Positions 22,364-32,631 of a stretch of DNA of 64,000 nucleotides are shown here, one piece after another. The notes under the pieces were generated by a model. It did no database searches. It saw nothing but the letters and a program-made list of their open reading frames with translations, and was not told the DNA's origin. The stretch is from an uncultured delta proteobacterium (GTDB lineage Bacteria; Desulfobacterota; Desulfobacteria; Desulfobacterales; JAFDCJ01). Numbering within the stretch: position 1 is the first letter of the stretch; the number at the start of each line of letters is the position of its first letter. The stretch spans positions 215,621 to 279,620 of the forward strand of contig CAVYNY010000032.1 in assembly GCA_963769935.1 (NCBI GenBank). The letters run 5' to 3'. A program made the translations under genes and the position numbers.

Positions 22364-23703
22364 ATGGAAGCCGTCTGGAACAAGGTAAAATCTACAATTA
22401 AGAAACGCATTCCCGCCCACAGCTACAAGATGTGGATTGAACCACTGCAAGTTGGTCAACCCGACAACCATTCCCTGCTTGTGCTCTGCCCGAATTTCTT
22501 TTCCAGAAAACGGGTGCAGGGCCTGTATGGTGAGATGCTGAAAATTGCCTTCGAAACCGTCTTGGGGCACGAATGTGAGCTTACGTATGAAATATCCATA
22601 AGGCCGATGAACCGAAACCTAAAGAGGTCGAGGATCCTCAGCTGCCGTTGCCCAATGACAATGTGCGGCCATATAACGGCCGGTTTTTACGCCGGGATTT
22701 TACCTTTGATCAGTTTGTTGTCGGCAGCAACAATGATTTTGCCTATTCAGCATCCCTGGCATTGGCCTGCCGCAAAAACACCCAGCAAAATGCCTTATTC
22801 CTGCTGTCCAAGACCGGCATGGGGAAAAGTCATCTGTCCCAGGCGATCGGTCATCATGTAATGTCAATCCAACCCACGGACCGGGTCTATTATATTACGG
22901 CTGAAGATTTCAGCAACGAGATGGTTCAGGCATACCGGCACAGTTCCATAGATAAATTTAAGGATAAATACCGCAACCACTGTGATGTTTTACTGTTGGA
23001 GGATGTTCATTATCTCAGCGGTAAGGAGCGCACCCAGATAGAGCTTGCCTTGACCCTGGATACCCTGTTCGAATCCGGCAAACGCATCATTTTTTCCAGC
23101 TGTTATCTGCCGGCGGATATTCCCAAACTCAATGACAAGTTAAGTTCCCGTTTGTCCTGCGGGCTCATATCAACCATCGATCCGCCGAATTTCAGGACCC
23201 GCGTGCGGATCCTGCAAAAGAAGGTGTGGACCAACTCGTATCAGCTCCCTGAAAACGTCATTCATTATCTGGCGGATGAATTGACCGAGGACGTCCGGCA
23301 GCTTGAAAGCGGACTCAACGGTGTCGCCGCCAAATCATCGCTGCTGGGAATACCGGTTGATCTCAAACTGGCTGAAAGTGTCGTCAAAAATATTGTTCGC
23401 CAGCGCAAACGCATTACCATCGATGTTATCAAAAGACTGGTATGCAAATATTATAATGTCGGCTTGGATGAAATTGATTCACGCTCCCGCAAACAAAACC
23501 ATGTCCGACCCCGGCAAATAGCCATCTACCTGGCACGGCAATATACGGATGCTCCGTTGCAGACCATCGGCAAATCCTTCAACCGCTATCATGCCACCGC
23601 CCTGCATTCCATCAACTGCATTGAACGTGCGATGAAACAGGACAGCGCTCTTCAAAAACAGGTGGGGTTCTTCCGCCAGAAGCTGGAAAACGGCAAGTTC
23701 TAG
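22364..23703 (+). pseudogene. dnaA: DnaA-family replication initiator with a frameshift near 22598 (pseudogene or sequencing error)
   Basis: Domain I (SYKMWIEPL..PNFFS) in ORF 22364; linker, AAA+ (FTFDQFVVGSNN, GMGKSHL) and domain IV (RPRQIAIYLAR) continue in another frame. Confidence 0.85.
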
Positions 23704-23850
23704 GAATGTCGAATGTCGATTGACGAATGACTCTGGAATGTCGAACGAAGAATGAAGAATGCCGAATGAAGGTATTCTATCATTTTTTAAAATAAATGAT
23801 GGAGCGCAGCGGCCTCAACTATTCGACATTCGTCATTCTTCATTCCTGAG
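23704..23850. repeat. Inverted heptamer arrays (gaatgtc/gaatgaa ... ttcgaca/ttcattc)
   Basis: Visible between the convergent dnaA and suhB genes. Confidence 0.7.
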
Positions 23851-23858
23851 TCATTCCC

Positions 23859-24635
23859 CTATATTTTCAATAGTCCAAGCATTTCCTCATGGATATGGCC
23901 GTTGGTTGCCAGAAGCTCCTGATCATCCAGCGTGTAGGGCAAATTGCTGAATGTGGTTACCGTCGCTCCGGCTTCAGCCGCGATCAGGGCCCCGGCCGCC
24001 GCATCCCACGGCTTCAGGAATTGCTCCCAGAATCCTTCAAAGCGGCCGCCGGCCACATAGCAAAGATCAAGGGCCGCCGAGCCCAGCCTGCGTACGGCCT
24101 GAGAGGCTTTCAGACAATTGCCGTACCGGGTCATTATCGGTTCAAATACTTCCCGGATTTTATACGGAAAGCCGGTTACCAGCAAGCTTTCTGAGACCGG
24201 ATGGTTTGAGGACACCTGAATCGGCCGGCCGTTGAGCTGCGCTCCCTGCCCGCGGATAGCTGAATACAGCTCACCGTTGACAGGGTTTAGAACGATTCCG
24301 AGAACAATGTCCTGTCGAAAAGTCAGGGCGATGGATATGCTGAAAATCGGAATCCGGTGGGCGAAATTGACCGTACCGTCCAAAGGATCGATAATCCAAC
24401 GGTATTCGGTCGAGCCTTCTTTCAGGCCGCATTCTTCGCTCAGGAAGGCATGTTCCGGAAATCTGGCCTGGATCGTGGTGATAATCTCTTTTTCGGATTC
24501 GGTATCAGCCTCGGTAACAATTTCTACAGCATCCTTTTTGCGGACATGGGAAATGTTGCCGAATCGCGATTGCAGTATGCGCGCCGCTTGATAAGCGGCC
24601 CTAACCGCCACCTGCTTATAGGGTTCAAAATCCAT
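23859..24635 (-). CDS. suhB: Inositol monophosphatase family protein
   Basis: WIIDPLDGTVNF, RRLGSAALDLCYVA, PWDAAAG. Confidence 0.93.
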   Translation of the reverse strand: MDFEPYKQVAVRAAYQAARILQSRFGNISHVRKKDAVEIVTEADTESEKEIITTIQARFPEHAFLSEECGLKEGSTEYRWIIDPLDGTVNFAHRIPIFSISIALTFRQDIVLGIVLNPVNGELYSAIRGQGAQLNGRPIQVSSNHPVSESLLVTGFPYKIREVFEPIMTRYGNCLKASQAVRRLGSAALDLCYVAGGRFEGFWEQFLKPWDAAAGALIAAEAGATVTTFSNLPYTLDDQELLATNGHIHEEMLGLLKI

Positions 24636-24659
24636 AGTATCCTCACTATAAAAGGGTTT

Positions 24660-25005
24660 AGAGGTTTGGGGCTCCGCCCTTCGGGCTTCGACCCCACACG
24701 CAGGGCTGAGTTTTAAGTTTGAGAGGTTGTGAAGCTGGGAGGCTCGGAAGCTGGGAAACGGGGAAGCGGGGAAGCGGGGAAGTTGAGAAGTCGAGAAGTC
24801 GAGATGGTGCCTCCGACCTCTAACCTCAAGCTTCCAACATCACTACCGTCTGCCCTGCACCTTTATCCTTTAACCTGTCAGCTATGAGCTATCAACTGGC
24901 GCGCCGGCGCCTTGCTTTTTACGCTATGCGCCATGCTCTATGCCCCCTGCCCACATCCTGCAACCCGCAACACGCCTCCAACCTCAAACCTCAAGTCCTT
25001 ACCAC
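24660..25005. repeat. Modular intergenic repeat (reverse orientation)
   Basis: Reverse complements of the 186-600 modules (cagctatgagctatcaactggcgcgcc, cctccgacctctaacctcaa). Confidence 0.8.
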
Positions 25006-26640
25006 TCAGGCACCAGCGATCTTCTCAATGATAGTCTCCATCCGATCAATCAGGGGCAGCAATGTCGATCTATCGCGCGCCGAAATGGCGATGCCGTTGA
25101 GCTGCCGGCTTAATCGTTCAATGGTTTCGGGATCGAGAAGATCAATTTTATTCAATACCTGCAGGGTCGTGGTCTGCTGCAAATCAAGATCGGCCAGGAT
25201 TCTTTCAACGGATTGGATCTGATCTTCAAACTGCGGATTGCTGATATCGATGATATGCAGCAAAAGATCCGCATTTTCAAGCTCTTCCAGCGTGGCGCGA
25301 AATGCGAGCATCAGGTCTTTGGGCAAATCCTTGATAAATCCAACCGTATCCGTGATAATGACTTCAATATCGCGCGGAAACCGCAGCCGCCGGCTGGAGG
25401 GATCCAGCGTGGCGAAAAGGCGGCTTTCGGCAATTACATTGCTTTTGGTCAGCGTGTTGAGCAGGGTTGATTTGCCTGCATTGGTGTATCCGATGATGGA
25501 GACAATCGGCAATGCTTTTTTGAGCCGCCGGGATTTTTGCTGACTTCTATGTTTGCGGACCGCGAGCAAGGCCTTCTCCAGTTGCGCGATGCGATCGCGT
25601 GCCCGCCGCCGATTGATTTCCAGCTTGGTTTCACCCGGTCCGCGTCCGCCGATACCGCCGGTTAAGCGGGACATGGCGGTGTTTTTGGTCACCAGGCGCG
25701 GCAGCAAATACTTCAGCTGGGCCAGCTCGACTTGCAGCTTGCCCTGCCGTGTCTGGGCCCGCTGGGCAAAAATATCAAGTATGAGCTGGGTGCGGTCGAT
25801 AACTTTTAAATCGATATGGTCCGTAATGGACCGAATCTGGGAGGCGTTGAGCTCCTGGTCGAAGATGATCATGCCGGCAGCTTCCTGCAGCGCAAAAATG
25901 GCCAGATCCTGCAGTTTGCCGGGACCGATCAGCAGCCGGGAATCCGCTTTGCTGCGGTGTTGAACCACGGTCCCGACGACATCGATGCCGCCGGACCGGG
26001 CAAGCTCTCTGAGTTCGGTCAGAGCTGCTTTGGATTTGGGTTTTGTCTCAGTCGACACACTGACCAGCAGGGCCCTTTCAGTTCCAGGGTCGGCGTGATA
26101 CCCGATGCTCCCGCGGGAAAGCTCGTCTTCCAGGGCCTGGATGAGCTCCAGACAGTCGATGTCCAGGTTGCCGGGGTTCAGCGGCGGCAGCATCCGGTAA
26201 GGCTTCTTCTGTGACTCACTGGGCATGATGTGCGCCACATGGACCTTCTGGGGAATTCCATCTTCACTGCTGTTGATTACCGCAATTAAATCCAGCCTTA
26301 ACAGAGCCAGGTCGGTGAGATCGTCCGTGGTCAGCGCTTCATGGTCCAGATGGGTGTGGATGCATCGCAGGCCGATTAAACGCCCGGGGGCGGCGCGGTA
26401 TTCGGCGGTGTGTGGAATGACGATTCTTTTACTGTCGCCGACAATGACAAAAACCACCTTGCTGCGCCGGTTTACCATAATTCCAATCTGCCGGCGTATC
26501 TCACGCGACAGCCCGCACAGATCGCGCGCTAATTCATGGGGCAGCAGAAATTCCGGCGGCCAGCGGCGGCGGTATAAATTGCCCAGTCTTTTGATTTGAT
26601 TCGGCTTCAGGCCGGTAGTATTTCCGTAAAGTTTTTTCAA
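25006..26640 (-). CDS. hflX: GTPase HflX (long form)
   Basis: LILDIFAQRA, GGRGPGETKLE, GYTNAGKSTL, DTVGF; TTG start assumed. Confidence 0.95.
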   Translation of the reverse strand: MKKLYGNTTGLKPNQIKRLGNLYRRRWPPEFLLPHELARDLCGLSREIRRQIGIMVNRRSKVVFVIVGDSKRIVIPHTAEYRAAPGRLIGLRCIHTHLDHEALTTDDLTDLALLRLDLIAVINSSEDGIPQKVHVAHIMPSESQKKPYRMLPPLNPGNLDIDCLELIQALEDELSRGSIGYHADPGTERALLVSVSTETKPKSKAALTELRELARSGGIDVVGTVVQHRSKADSRLLIGPGKLQDLAIFALQEAAGMIIFDQELNASQIRSITDHIDLKVIDRTQLILDIFAQRAQTRQGKLQVELAQLKYLLPRLVTKNTAMSRLTGGIGGRGPGETKLEINRRRARDRIAQLEKALLAVRKHRSQQKSRRLKKALPIVSIIGYTNAGKSTLLNTLTKSNVIAESRLFATLDPSSRRLRFPRDIEVIITDTVGFIKDLPKDLMLAFRATLEELENADLLLHIIDISNPQFEDQIQSVERILADLDLQQTTTLQVLNKIDLLDPETIERLSRQLNGIAISARDRSTLLPLIDRMETIIEKIAGA

Positions 26641-26653
26641 GAATGTGGTGAAG

Positions 26654-28033
26654 TCAGCTTCTGGCCAGCGCTTCTTCCGCTGCCAGATTCTCAAAACGGG
26701 TATAGGAATTAAGGAACGTCAGATGAATGTCGCCTGTGGGACCGTTGCGTTGTTTGGACAGCAGAATTTCGGCAATCCCGCGGTTGGGGTTGTCTTCTTC
26801 TTTATTATATACTTCGTCTCGGTATATGAATGCAACGACATCGGCATCCTGTTCCAGCGCTCCGGATTCCCTTAAATCCGAAAGCCGGGGCCTTTTATCG
26901 GTGCGTTGTTCCAGCATCCGGTTAAGCTGCGACAGGGCCATCACCGGCAATTCAAGCTCTTTGGCAAGCGCTTTCAAAGCCCGGGATATCTCGGATATTT
27001 CAAGATCCCGGCGTTCGGCGCCTGCCCGACCCTGCATGAGCTGTAAATAATCAATGATGATTAATCCGATATTTTTATCCATTTTCAGCCGGCGGGCTTT
27101 GGCGCGAATTTCCATGGCCGACATACTCGCTGAATCGTCGATGTATACCGGTGCTTCCGATAAAATTCCGGCGGCGTCGGTTAGCCGGTGCCAATCCTCC
27201 ATACTGAAAAAACCGCCCTTCAGGCGGGATGAATCGATGCGAGCTTCCGAACACAGCATGCGCAGAGACAGCTGCTCTTTGGACATCTCCAGCGAAAATA
27301 TGGCCACCGGAACCCCGGCGTCCACGGCTGCATTGCGGGCTATATTCAACGCCAGCGCAGTTTTGCCCATGCTGGGACGAGCGGCTAAAATAATAAGGTC
27401 GGAGTTCTGCAATCCCGAGGTCAGATTATCCAGGTGGCTGAACCCGGTCGGAACTCCGGTCACCAGGCTGCGATTACCCTGGTTCTCCTCCAGGGTTTCG
27501 ATGTTGCTGAGTATGATTTTGCTGAGCGGGAAAAAAGACTGCCGGGATTTTTTTTCGGAAATTTCAAAAATCGCCGTTTCCGCATAGTCGATAACATCGT
27601 CGACATTGCCTCTTTCTTCAAAACAGCGTTTGACAATGGCGTTGGATTTTTCAATCAGACGACGCAGGGATGCTTTGTCGTGAACAATTTTAGCATAGTG
27701 CTGGGCGTTGATTGCCAGCGGGACCGCGTCAACCAGCCTTGCCAGATAGCTGGCGCCGCCAACCGCTTCCAGTTGGCCTTTTTCCTTGAGTTTATTGGCC
27801 AAGGTTACCAGGTCCACCGGCTCGGCCTTGTCAAACAGGTCGATAATAGCGGCATAGATTTTTTGGTGGGCGATGCGGTAGAAGTCCCCCTCCGCCAGTG
27901 TTTCGATAACTTCCAGCAAGGCATCGTTATCGATCAGGACGGCACTGATAATGGCTTCTTCCGCTTCGATGTTTTGGGGCGGCAGACCATAAGGGGTGAC
28001 ATCCTTGGATATTTGTCCCTGTTGTTCGGACAT
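26654..28033 (-). CDS. dnaB: Replicative DNA helicase
   Basis: AARPSMGKT, IIDYLQLM, DLRESGALEQDAD, KQRNGPTG. Confidence 0.98.
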   Translation of the reverse strand: MSEQQGQISKDVTPYGLPPQNIEAEEAIISAVLIDNDALLEVIETLAEGDFYRIAHQKIYAAIIDLFDKAEPVDLVTLANKLKEKGQLEAVGGASYLARLVDAVPLAINAQHYAKIVHDKASLRRLIEKSNAIVKRCFEERGNVDDVIDYAETAIFEISEKKSRQSFFPLSKIILSNIETLEENQGNRSLVTGVPTGFSHLDNLTSGLQNSDLIILAARPSMGKTALALNIARNAAVDAGVPVAIFSLEMSKEQLSLRMLCSEARIDSSRLKGGFFSMEDWHRLTDAAGILSEAPVYIDDSASMSAMEIRAKARRLKMDKNIGLIIIDYLQLMQGRAGAERRDLEISEISRALKALAKELELPVMALSQLNRMLEQRTDKRPRLSDLRESGALEQDADVVAFIYRDEVYNKEEDNPNRGIAEILLSKQRNGPTGDIHLTFLNSYTRFENLAAEEALARS

Positions 28034-28273
28034 GAGGCCTCAGACAAGCAGTTGCGTGGTTTTTAGGTTATTGTTTGACAGACGAATTTAACACAATGCC
28101 TTCTTAAACCGCCCTCGAGTTGGTAAGTTGGTAAGTTATTCAGCTGGTAAGCCCGATAAAATAAAATTAGGAAATCCTTTTCCGCTTAACAGCTTATGAG
28201 CTTAATAGCTTACCAGCTTTTCCTCCAACCTTTTGCGCTTAACAGCTTACGAGCTATGAGCTATTTACTCCGC

Positions 28274-28717
28274 TCACTCGGGTACGATTTCAACGGTAAT
28301 TTCAGGTTCGACCTGCTTGTAAACCCGAATCGGAATTTTGAAACTGCCAAGGGTTTTCAGCGGCTCGTTCAGCATTATCATTCTCTTTTCCACGACGATG
28401 TTCTGGGCGGCCAAGGCATCGATAATGTCTCTGACCGTGACCGATCCATACAGCCGGTCTTCTTCGCTGACCTTGGCGTGTATTTGACAGGAGACGCCTT
28501 CCAGCTTGGCGGCCATATCTTCGGCCAGTTTTCGTTCTTTGGCAATCTGAATTTCAAATTTGGCCTTTTCCTGTTCCATCCGGCGGCGATTTTGCGGTGT
28601 GGCCAAAACCGCTTTGTCCTGAGGCAGCAGGTAGTTGCGGGCATAACCGGGGGCTACCTTAACTTCGCTGCCGATAATTCCCAGTGAACTGATGGTCTCT
28701 TTTAAAATTATTTTCAT
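28274..28717 (-). CDS. rplI: 50S ribosomal protein L9
   Basis: MKIIL..VAPGYARNYLLP, LYGSVT. Confidence 0.97.
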   Translation of the reverse strand: MKIILKETISSLGIIGSEVKVAPGYARNYLLPQDKAVLATPQNRRRMEQEKAKFEIQIAKERKLAEDMAAKLEGVSCQIHAKVSEEDRLYGSVTVRDIIDALAAQNIVVEKRMIMLNEPLKTLGSFKIPIRVYKQVEPEITVEIVPE

Positions 28718-28835
28718 TATCAAAACCTCCGCTAGTTGATTGAATATTGAAGATTGAAAATTGAATATTTGTGGAATTCTATCTGAATATAAACTTCATT
28801 TTTTTCGAGTTCGTCAAAACTTCAATCTTCAATTT

Positions 28836-29762
28836 TCAAGGTACCGGTTTCCCCAATCTTCTGAAATTTACCCACATATCAAAAAAACCTAAGCCGATGA
28901 CGGCCAGCAGTATCAACTGCTGCAGCGCAATCAAGGCGTACAGAAAAAACCGGATAACCCGGGGAAACTTCTTTTTCTCAAAATAAAACGATACGATCGC
29001 GATTCCCTGAAAAAAATAAACGGTCATGGAGATTAAGAGGCCGTTTAGGCCGATAATTTTCACGGCTGCTATCGGTATAAACAGCGCCAGACCGCAGCCG
29101 ATAACCCCCCATACCAGAATTTCAGGCGCTTTCCACAATTGCAAGGGACCGAAATCCGGATAAAAAAGCGATCGCCTTTTCAGGATCGGTTTTGCCAAAA
29201 GAATATTGGTCCAGGCAACAAACAGCGTCGACATCGTCACCAGGGCCGGCAGGATGGTCACCAGAACCTGCCCGATCTGGTTCAGCGAACGGGATATCAG
29301 CTGAACATTTTCTTCCGACATCCCCATGCCCCGGTACAATGCCAGGGTCAGCTCCAGATTTTTAGCAACATATTTGGATACAACGGTGAAAATACCATCA
29401 CCGGATATCAGGCTGAATATGATCAGGCCGATCAGACCGGAAAGCAGCACGCTGCCGCTGGCATAAAGCAGCGTTTTTTCAATCGAAAGATTAAACTCGA
29501 TCAATTCCCCCAGCATGAACCCCAGCAGCAGTAAACCGGCAAAGAATACCATGTCCGTGGACATATCGCCGATCGCAATTATCAGAATCAGGCCGGAAAT
29601 CAGCGGGATAAGGCCCCCGGTTTTCCTTCCCAGCTTCAGACGGTAAAAGAGGATCGGCAAGGGAACAAACAGGGCACCAACGAACCCGACGATCGGAATA
29701 AACACCGACACTAAAAAAAACAGGCTTGTGATTACTACGCCATTGACGATATCCTTTGCCAT
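28836..29762 (-). CDS. YybS/DUF2232 membrane protein
   Basis: Multi-TM protein, YFFQG, GLGFFDMWVNFR; located between rpsR and rplI. Confidence 0.9.
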   Translation of the reverse strand: MAKDIVNGVVITSLFFLVSVFIPIVGFVGALFVPLPILFYRLKLGRKTGGLIPLISGLILIIAIGDMSTDMVFFAGLLLLGFMLGELIEFNLSIEKTLLYASGSVLLSGLIGLIIFSLISGDGIFTVVSKYVAKNLELTLALYRGMGMSEENVQLISRSLNQIGQVLVTILPALVTMSTLFVAWTNILLAKPILKRRSLFYPDFGPLQLWKAPEILVWGVIGCGLALFIPIAAVKIIGLNGLLISMTVYFFQGIAIVSFYFEKKKFPRVIRFFLYALIALQQLILLAVIGLGFFDMWVNFRRLGKPVP

Positions 29763-29826
29763 TGCTCTTCAATTGCTGCTTAAAAGGTTGGGGGGAATCC
29801 GCTTCACTGCCCCGCAGCCGAAATGT

Positions 29827-30108
29827 TCAGCGAAAATCGACCGTCCCGACATAAGGCAGCAGGGCAATCGTTCGGGCCCGTTTGATTGCGTGGGTGAGGG
29901 TTCGCTGATGTTTGGCACAACAGCCGGACAATCTGCGGGGAATGATTTTCCCGCGTTCGGTAATAAAGTATCTAAGCGATTTTGCATCCTTGTAGCTGAT
30001 CTCAAGGCTTGTATCCGCACAGAACCGGCAAACTTTCCGGCGATGAAAAACTCTTCTCTTTTTTCTGGTTTTCTGGTCTTTTTTGTTGGTTCTTGAAGGT
30101 GCGGCCAT
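29827..30108 (-). CDS. rpsR: 30S ribosomal protein S18
   Basis: [25 protein letters not shown]. Confidence 0.97.
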   Translation of the reverse strand: MAAPSRTNKKDQKTRKKRRVFHRRKVCRFCADTSLEISYKDAKSLRYFITERGKIIPRRLSGCCAKHQRTLTHAIKRARTIALLPYVGTVDFR

Positions 30109-30111
30109 GTT

Positions 30112-30657
30112 TTATGCCTCCTCTTTCTTTTCGGCTGGGATTATCTCTTCGGCAGATTCTTCAGCATCAGAGGCGGCTGCTTCCGGCGCCGCTTCGGCGT
30201 CTTCCTGAGCTTCTTTTTCTTCTACCTCTTTCTCCTCCACCACCGCTGCTGCTGCTTCTACAGGTGAAGCTGCAGCGTCTTCCGAGGCCTGTTTTTCCGC
30301 CGCTGCCTTTTCAAGCTCGCGTTTGCTTTCCGCCGCTGCCTGTTCTTCCTTGATTTTTTCAAGATCGGCCTCTTGGTCCAGCAAAACGGTCATATACTTG
30401 AGTGTCCGGTCGTCGATGCGAAAGAACCGCTCAATTTCATTGACCAACTCCGCCCCACCGCAGTAGTCGAACCTGACGTAATAGCCGCGTTCCTTTTTCC
30501 TGATCTCGTAGGCCAGTTTTCTGTCGCCCCAGTGATCCTCGAAAACCAGCATCCCCTCCATCTGGGTGACGAGTTCTTTGACCCGTTCAAGCACCAGATC
30601 GCGTTGTTCCTGTGAGACATCAGGATCAATAATAACAAATGTTTCGTACCTTCGCAT
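30112..30657 (-). CDS. rpsF: 30S ribosomal protein S6 with acidic tail
   Basis: MRRYET..WGDRKLAYEI. Confidence 0.97.
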   Translation of the reverse strand: MRRYETFVIIDPDVSQEQRDLVLERVKELVTQMEGMLVFEDHWGDRKLAYEIRKKERGYYVRFDYCGGAELVNEIERFFRIDDRTLKYMTVLLDQEADLEKIKEEQAAAESKRELEKAAAEKQASEDAAASPVEAAAAVVEEKEVEEKEAQEDAEAAPEAAASDAEESAEEIIPAEKKEEA

Positions 30658-31269
30658 TTAATCTCCTTTCGGCTTTTAAAGCCCCGGTTTTTCCAGAGCA
30701 AGGATGAAATAGATTCTGCTATATGATTTAAAACCAATTTTAATAGCATTTATAGATTTTATATGTCAATGATATTTTAAATAATGATCCTGCTTCTAAT
30801 TTATTTTTCAGCCCGGCGGCAGTTGCCGCCGGTGGTGCCGGCGTCCAACAAAAAGGGTTAGCTTCCGGTAAGAGCTAACCCCGTTGTTTTCCTTAAGCGT
30901 CTGTTCACCAATAATTTTTGATCCAAACCCGGCCGATCAATGACAGAATTTGTAAGACACCGAGTGCAGGATGTCAAGGGATAACTCGCCTTCAGCCTGC
31001 CGGATGATGAAATGTTGATCACGCTGAAATCCGGAAAAAGATTTCACGGGATAAAAGCATCGGATCAAAAATAGGAAAGATTATATGATTTTTGCTCTTT
31101 TAAAATTTGAGTTAGCCACGAATGGACACGAATAGCCGCGAATTAAGGGAATAGGTAAAAGCAGGATCATTTTCCGGTTATCTGCAGTCGGCGGCAACCT
31201 CCGATCTGGAAAATGAGTTGAGCATCCTCAGACAGTCTGTTATAAAAGCCGGAAAAGAAGGAGCATTTT

Positions 31270-32028
31270 ATGGTCAGTTTTTCACTCAAAGATAAAACAG
31301 CCCTTATTACCGGCGCCAGCCGGGGTATTGGCGAAGCGATTGCGCTGACGCTGGCAGAAAACGGTGCCCGCTGCATCCTCACCAGCCGAAAGATGGAAGG
31401 GCTGCAGGCCGTGGTTCAAAAAATCGGATCCGCGGGCGGGCAGGCCGAGGCCTTCGCCTGCAACGTGGGCCGCAAGGAAGACATCGATAAGCTGTTCGAA
31501 CACGTGCAGCAGGCATACGGTGAGCTTCACATTCTGGTCAACAATGCCGCCACGAATCCTTATTTCGGAGATATGATGGGAGCCGATGAGCGGGCCTGGG
31601 ACAAAACCAATGACGTCAACCTCAAGGGCCCCTTCTTCATGATTCAGCATGCCGTCCGGCTGATGGAAAAAGCCGGCGGCGGTGCCATCGTCAATGTCGC
31701 ATCCATCAACGGTGTGCGACCGGTACCCAGGCAGGGGATATATTCCATAACCAAAGCCGGTCTGATATCCATGACCAAGGCCTATGCCAAAGAGCTGGCC
31801 GGCCGAAATATACGGGTGAACGCCCTGCTGCCGGGGCTTACGGAAACTAAATTTTCGGAAGTGCTTATCAAGAACGACCGGATCTATGAGCAGGTCGTCA
31901 AGAGCATCCCCCTGCAGCGGCATGCCCGGCCGGCGGAGATGGCCGGCGCCGTGCTCTATCTGGTATCCGATGCCGCTTCATACACCACCGGCACGACGAT
32001 TATCTGCGACGGCGGTGCGTTGGCCTGA
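31270..32028 (+). CDS. SDR-family oxidoreductase
   Basis: TGASRGIG, NNAATNP, YSITK. Confidence 0.93.
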   Translation: MVSFSLKDKTALITGASRGIGEAIALTLAENGARCILTSRKMEGLQAVVQKIGSAGGQAEAFACNVGRKEDIDKLFEHVQQAYGELHILVNNAATNPYFGDMMGADERAWDKTNDVNLKGPFFMIQHAVRLMEKAGGGAIVNVASINGVRPVPRQGIYSITKAGLISMTKAYAKELAGRNIRVNALLPGLTETKFSEVLIKNDRIYEQVVKSIPLQRHARPAEMAGAVLYLVSDAASYTTGTTIICDGGALA

Positions 32029-32029
32029 A

Positions 32030-32620
32030 AAAGGTGTCAGGTGTCAGCGCCGCCGCCGGCCAAGACAACGGCCGGTCTGATCATGAAGAAACGGAAACAG
32101 ACATAGTTCGACCGCAGCAGCCCACTTGCAGCCTCCGCCCATAGGGCCTACGCCCCGGCGGGCCGTAGAACGCCGAGAAAGAAAAGTTAAATTAATCTCT
32201 GCGCTCTCTGCGCTCTCAGCGGTGAGACACTTCGTAAAAATGGCATCGAATTTAAGGAAGTTTCATTTGAGGTGTCAGACGGAATTGGAGAAGCGGGGTG
32301 TGGGTTGCGGGGAATGGACATAGAGCATGGCGCATAGGGTAAAAAGCAAGGCGCTGGAGCGCCAGTTGATAGTCAAAGGCTAAAGGTAAAGGTTAAAGGA
32401 TAAAGGCGCACGGCTTACGGTGCAAGAAATTGATGTTGGAGGTTGGAGGCGGGGCCTTCGGCCGGAAGCGGTTTGAGGTTGGAGGCAAGAGATGAAAGGC
32501 ACCGGGCTAAGGTATAAAGTGCAGGTTAGATTCAAGATTTGCGTCTTCTTAACTTCTCAGCTTCTTTGCTTCTCAGCCTCCCCGTTTCTCCGTTTCCCAG
32601 CCTTCCAGCCTCAAAACTTT
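32030..32620. repeat. Modular intergenic repeat
   Basis: Modules shared with 186-600 and 5000-5475 at 32350-32530, plus cttctcag array. Confidence 0.8.
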
Positions 32621-32631
32621 GGATTGGATCG

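Noticed and set aside
30851..30890. Hairpin aaaagggttagc...gctaacccc as an island attachment boundary
   Set aside because: No tRNA fragment, integrase or matching direct repeat is visible; it may simply be a terminator.
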